A stretch of 38,867 bases of DNA, taken from assembly GCA_008632985.1 (NCBI GenBank), contig QPGO01000166.1:124001-162867 (forward strand), given 5' to 3'. The notes below the pieces were generated by a model. The model saw nothing but the letters and a program-made list of their open reading frames with translations, did no database searches and was not told where the DNA came from. Made by a program: the position numbers and the translations under genes. Shown one piece after another: positions 33,706-38,867 of the stretch. How positions within the stretch are numbered: position 1 is the first letter of the stretch; every line of letters starts with the position of its first letter. The stretch comes from Psammoneis japonica. Lineage: Eukaryota.

Positions 33706-34499
33706 CTACCTCATTCGCCCTGCTCCGCGTGCCCCTCGTTTAGCCTGACTTTCCTGGATTGAACGCTTCTGGCTTTTACTCAAGACATTGCTTGCTTCGG
33801 CCTGAAACAACGCCTTCATACCTTTTTCGTCTGTAGGGATAGGCTTACCACTCAACTTTTGCGCTCGCAGTACCTTGTGCATTATTTCTGTGCCTCTAAA
33901 CTGCTTGATCAGAATGTTAATATCTTCCACTGACACGTTTGTATTGAGACTGATTTTGAGCTGTTACAAACAGACATCATCTAGGCGGTGAGAGAATGAA
34001 GGCTACAACGCCGTCGCGACATATGAGTGGCCTTGCCCTTTCTTCGTACCTTTTCTTTTCGGCCCATCTCCTCTAAGTCCTGCACCGTGGCATTTTCTCC
34101 AACTTCATCGAGCATAGATTGGACCGCATTCTTGGCATCTTCCACTTGCTTCGCCTGTTGCGTGTTGCTGACACCCGGAATCTTGGACCGCCATCCCGTT
34201 GGAACTGATTGCTCAATCTCCCCCAGGAAGTTGCGGAGCGTCCACACTTCTGTGTTTGCCATTTTCTCCATTTGCTCGGCGTATTTTTCGGCCTGCTTTC
34301 TTTTCTCTCGATTCTCCAGGCTTCCCTTGACTCGATCAAAAATTCCTTCCGAAAATGGTCGCGCGCTTAATGATTGATTCTGCAAGCACAATGTTGGAGT
34401 CGGAGCCTGAAAGTTTCGAGATCCAACCGCGTAGGAGCAGTACTTGTTTCGTAAAACATATCTGACTACATGCGCACGAGACGCATAGTGCGAAAACAT
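33706..34499 (-). CDS. Mitochondrion-targeted stand-alone Ffh/SRP54 M-domain-like protein (MAP67-like); intron 33961-34049
   Basis: Arg/Ser-rich presequence ending RPFS; WTLRNFLGEI, KIPG and SVEDINILIKQF resemble the Ffh M domain; no GTPase domain. Confidence 0.65.
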
Positions 34500-34813
34500 T
34501 CTGGAAGCGATTGTGCGACTTGAAGCCGAGGTTATGGAAGAGTGGGAGGCGATCGTCGAACGACACAAGAGGAGGAAGGTTGCGTGATAGACAAGAGTGA
34601 AGAGAGGGGAATAAGGGAACCACGCAAGTCGCCAGTCTGGAGTCTCGAAGTCGCAAGTCGCCGGCTCCTACCCGCCAGCCATCAAACTTCCCTCCGACAT
34701 CCGACGGACAACGGACAGGCGATCCCTATTTTGCAAATTTCGACTTTCACAATGATGTGCCAATGCAATCACCCCTGGTGACAACACATTGGCTGCAGCG
34801 TTCCTGAAACCGA

Positions 34814-36021
34814 ATGCTTATGAGTAGACACAACGTATTCCCACTCGTTTTCATGAGCTTTTGGTGGTTGGTTGGTTTAACCGCTACCTACGCAATGATG
34901 GAAAGCACTGATCCGACGAAGCGGGCTGTTCCGCTCATTGACATGACGCCGTTTGTGACTGCGTCTCGGCATGAAGAACGACTTGCGGTAGCACAGAAAA
35001 TCGGGAAAGCTTGCGTCGAAATCGGGTTCTTTGGTGTCGTAAATCATGGTGTCAGTGAAAACATAATATCAGAAGCGTGGAATGCTACGCGGCATTTTTT
35101 TGACCTGCCTTTGGAAGAAAAACAGCTCTCAGCAAGTAACAACACGAATGAATATCCTTATGGCTACGAGAAGAGTGAATCGTTATCTGTAGGAAAGGCG
35201 TTGGATGCGTCAAAAGAATCCTTGGCTTTACCTCCAGATCTCAAAGAGACGTATGCTATTGGACCCGAGGACGAGCGGAGTGGGATGCCACCACGACAAT
35301 TCCCTCCAAGACCAGTGGAGATGAAGAGGGCGTACGAACAGTACTACAGTGCAATGGAAGAGTTGTCGCGGAGTCTACTTCGGGCGTTTGCTATGGCCCT
35401 TGATCTTCCTGAGCATTGGTTTGAAGACAAGATGGATCATCACATGTGTGCTTTGCGAGCATTGAACTATCCCTCACTTTCAACCGACCCGTTGCCCGGG
35501 CAACTGCGAGCGGGGTCACATACAGACTACGGGGCTCTAACAATACTCAAGAGTGGCGGACCCGGACTACAGCTGACAAAAGACAATAGAGTTGAGCAGA
35601 ACTGGGTAGATGTGCCACACATTCAAGATGCTTTCGTCATCAACATTGGCGATCTTATGCAGCGATGGACAAACAGTAAGTACGAGTTGTACGGACGCTA
35701 TCGTTTTCTGCCCATTTGGCTTTCATGTAAACTGGAATGTCCTTGAACTCATTTCATGCTTTTTCCAATTCTCCAATAGATAAATGGGTCTCGACGCTCC
35801 ATCGAGTTGTAGTTCCGCCGGGCGATGGCCGAAAGAGCCGTCGTCAGTCTCTAGCATTCTTTGTCAACATCAATGGCGATGCCAAAGTGGTGCCAATTGA
35901 AACTTGCGTAGATGACGACCACCCACCGCATTACGAAGCAATAAGCGCAAAGGATCATCTCATGTCAAAGCATCTCGCATCAATGGGAATCGTTACAGAT
36001 GAAGCCCGTGACGAACTTTGA
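34814..36021 (+). CDS. 2OG-Fe(II) dioxygenase, isopenicillin N synthase-like, with signal peptide and C-terminal RDEL; intron 35676-35779
   Basis: VPLID, GFFGVVNHG, HTD, NIGDLMQRWTN, LHRV and RQS motifs. Confidence 0.92.
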
Positions 36022-36056
36022 TTCATAGACCCATTGTTTTCCCTGACCCCCTTTTT

Positions 36057-37150
36057 TCATTCCATTTGGTCCTCGGAGAGGAAATGAACTGGAACATAGT
36101 ACGTAAAGAAACCAATCCTTGCCGGATTGAAAACCACGTGTAACACTAGCATCTCATTCTCAGTCATGCACAACAGAGAAGACCCAATTGTTCTCATGGA
36201 CGACTGCCACTGCAGGCAAGAACTGAATTTTTTCGTATCCACTTTTAGAGTACATTGTGCTGGTTGTTGCGCACATGCCTCTTCGGACGCTTTACAATCC
36301 TCAAACCGAGGAATGAGTTTGCTGAAGAATGTACGAATGGAAGCCCCCTCACTGTCGGTTCTAATAGTCAACTCTCCAGCCATTGATCCTTCAAGATACA
36401 CTAGATAATGACGACAATTGCGCCAAGCCGTTGTCAGTTTCAACAGTACGCTATTTCGATCACAGATGGCGTACACTTACCATGAGGGCTTATGGATTTG
36501 AGTCGTTCCACCACGGTTCGTAAAGGCCTTTCTGCAGGAAGCTCGAGCTGTACGTCGGGCATGCCAATTTTCGGCGGAAGATGATACTGCATATCAGAGT
36601 CTCGCATGATACGAACAGGAATTGCATGATGAACTTCGACCAATCCTCCAGCACAGGCTGCGTCGATACAAAGGCAAGGTAGCCCTCCATTTCTCTTTGC
36701 CAGCTTGACCACCGTTAGGGATGAAGCCATTGACGACAGCGGCGCTCCTCCATCTCCGGTGCTGCTGTTGTGAAGGCTTTGGACACCTTTGCGTTGCTGG
36801 TTACCGTCCGAGCTACCAGATAGAACGCTCTGTAGCGCCGTTCGTAACTGCGAGAGATCAATCTCAAAGACAATGACATTGTTTGCTGCGCTCTCGATTC
36901 TGTGCTCGAGAAAAATACCGTCGCGTGTTGTAAGCTCAGCGAAGCAAGCAATCCCATCTCCATCGCCTCCACCACGGGTTGATAGTCTGACATGTTGAGG
37001 ATCCAGACGAAGCACCGTTCCTCCACCGACAACGCCGGGGATCACACCTCCCGTCGTTCCGCCAGTTTCGTTTGCCAGTCGAGAGATTGGACCAATCAGT
37101 GAGTACAGCAATTGCACGTGCTCTGATGCCAGCTTCGCCTTGAACCTCAT
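36057..37150 (-). CDS. HUS1: 9-1-1 checkpoint clamp subunit Hus1; intron 36401-36480
   Basis: MRFKAKL, FLEHRIES, VKLAKR..LPCL, VHHAIPVRI, LRTVVERLKSIS, VDTKKF, YYVP. Confidence 0.9.
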
Positions 37151-37439
37151 ACTTTGGTCTACTAAAGATTATCGCACTCAAGAAAAAGTGTGCTTCATTG
37201 ACAGTTGGCTGTCATCTGGTACTCGTATGCAGAAGCGGTGTTGTCGTTGCCAATGCCATGCCGGCCGATGTGGATTGTGGACGGTCTCTGCTCCATTTTT
37301 TTGTTGTTGAACGAACTCGAACGAGAACCGGCCGGCTTGTCAAGTCGCGCGCAAGCGCGAATGGACCGAAATGGGAACAAGGCGGACCGAATCGCAGATT
37401 CCCTGCCATCGCCTCTAGAGAGGCTTGGCTACAACCCCG

Positions 37440-38867
37440 ATGACATGACACAGTGAAAGCCACCGAATGACCGCAACAATCAGTGCACGAACATGTCCTA
37501 TGTGTGGAACACACAGGAGCACATGTGCTCGTGTGGTGCTGCTGAGACAGTGGGGCCAGGAAACAGGAGGGAACAAATCTGCGGGTCCAATTCCGTCCAT
37601 TTTGTTCCCCAACATTGTGTGAACAGAGGGCTGGGCTGGGTGGGAATTTTCAGCATTGTCGGCCCATGTTGGGTTGACACAAAACTGATCTTGTCATCAC
37701 CAGCAGTCCGCCAAACACAATGAGGGGGGGGGAACTGGGGCGGCCTGTCGTCATCATCCGTGGCTCATCTGTCTGCCTCCTGCTGTGCGCTGCTGTTGCA
37801 CAGTGACTCTGCCAAGAGCACAGCTGCCCACACCATGGACACACAATTAAACAACAGGACAGGTGGGGCTGCGTGGGCTCCGCCGCAGGCTTCAACAATT
37901 CGTCCTCGTTCAATCAGCGTCGGATTGTCAGTTGCCGGCCGGCCTCCCATTTCCAGCATGATTGTACATCGGCTGCGGGGACTTCGAGTTTTTGCATGCT
38001 AAATTTTACGGGGCAGAGCTTTTTCAATGCATCGATCCAAATCTGCACCACGCACCGTGTTGCATCTTTTCAAAAATCAACATCTGTCAGTGTTGTCGAT
38101 GCCACCCACACGTTCCAAGGCATGTCGCAATGGCACATGTCTGCTTTGTCTTGCTCCTCTTGTTCTTGTCAATTTGTCTTGATCTGCTGTTCTCTTCTTT
38201 GATGCATGCTCTTTTGTAGCTTGTTCAGATTTGACCATGAGCTCCGCTCTGAACGCTGCTTTTGCACTCCCCTTCGCTCTACGATCTGCAGTTCGCTTTC
38301 TGCATTTTTGGTGTTCGACTTTGGCTCGGGCATGGACAACCTTTTTCACAAGATTCTTCCACATGTACTTCAGTGATGCAATGGTCAATCGTTTGCTGCC
38401 ATTCTCTTGGGCTGTTTTCAAGAAGGAGCGTCGCAAAGCCTTTGTTCTCCTTGTGAACAATGGTGCTCACGCAATCGTCGTCCAATGTCGCTTTGTTGTG
38501 AAAGATTCTCATGCTGTCTGAGAATTCTGTCATGTCTTCAAGGGCTTCAATGGATCTCCAATTCTTCTCTTTTGCCATTTTCTGCCGCGTGAAAGCTTCT
38601 TCCGAAGAGAAAACATTGCCCAACCAAAGAATCGAATGACCTTGCCGTTCGCGTCGTCCTTCTTTGGCCATGCATCGGCAAAGTCTTTCTTCTGCATGCT
38701 TCGTTTGGATGCCAAGAAATCAGCCATTGACCCCCTTGCCCACACCAACAGATGCCGAGAAAGAGCCAAGACCAACTGGGCAATGCTTGCCCCAGCTTCC
38801 CTCATTGAGTTTGGCAGTGGAAGAATCCAAGATCTGAGATGCTTGTCGGGGTCTTGCTCTTGCAAGT
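37440..38867 (-). other. Partially TpA-depleted island 4 carrying a decaying minus-strand coding relic; runs off the window end
   Basis: About 8 TA in 1430 bp and more CpG retained than in islands 1-3; frameshifted protein-like segments (VIRFFGWAMFSL, KKVVHARAK). Confidence 0.7.

Noticed and set aside
32501..36021. Functional cluster of ERD2 with an RDEL-bearing enzyme
   Set aside because: An unrelated mitochondrial gene lies between them, and chance adjacency is likely in a gene-dense genome.

Overview
Gene-dense eukaryotic nuclear DNA, most likely a diatom (short GT-AG introns, bipartite plastid-targeting presequences). About 17 protein genes: CIA30, aftiphilin-like, plastid IF-1, CS-domain, START/cyclase, TMEM242-like, TAF10-like, patatin-like, bromodomain, YxFGD-repeat, DUF179, FUN14-like, ERD2, MAP67-like, 2OG-Fe(II) oxygenase, HUS1 and one hypothetical. 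Two features stand out. (1) A tRNA-Leu(CAG) gene with intact Pol III signals is split in the D-stem by an 88-nt insert with the hallmarks of a spliceosomal intron (AG|GTCAGT, TTCTCTCAC branch-like motif, CCAG|G), not a canonical 37/38 tRNA intron. (2) Four sharply bounded islands of 1.4-2.6 kb have almost no TpA, reduced CpG and excess TpG/CpA, suggesting a targeted TpA->TpG/CpA hypermutation of silenced DNA, opposite in direction to fungal RIP. There is also a 5-copy ~350-bp tandem array amplifying a gene's 3' end, and an AT-rich element bounded by inverted repeats. Several genes have single-base frameshifts that may be assembly errors. All family calls are motif recognition by eye and all counts are manual.
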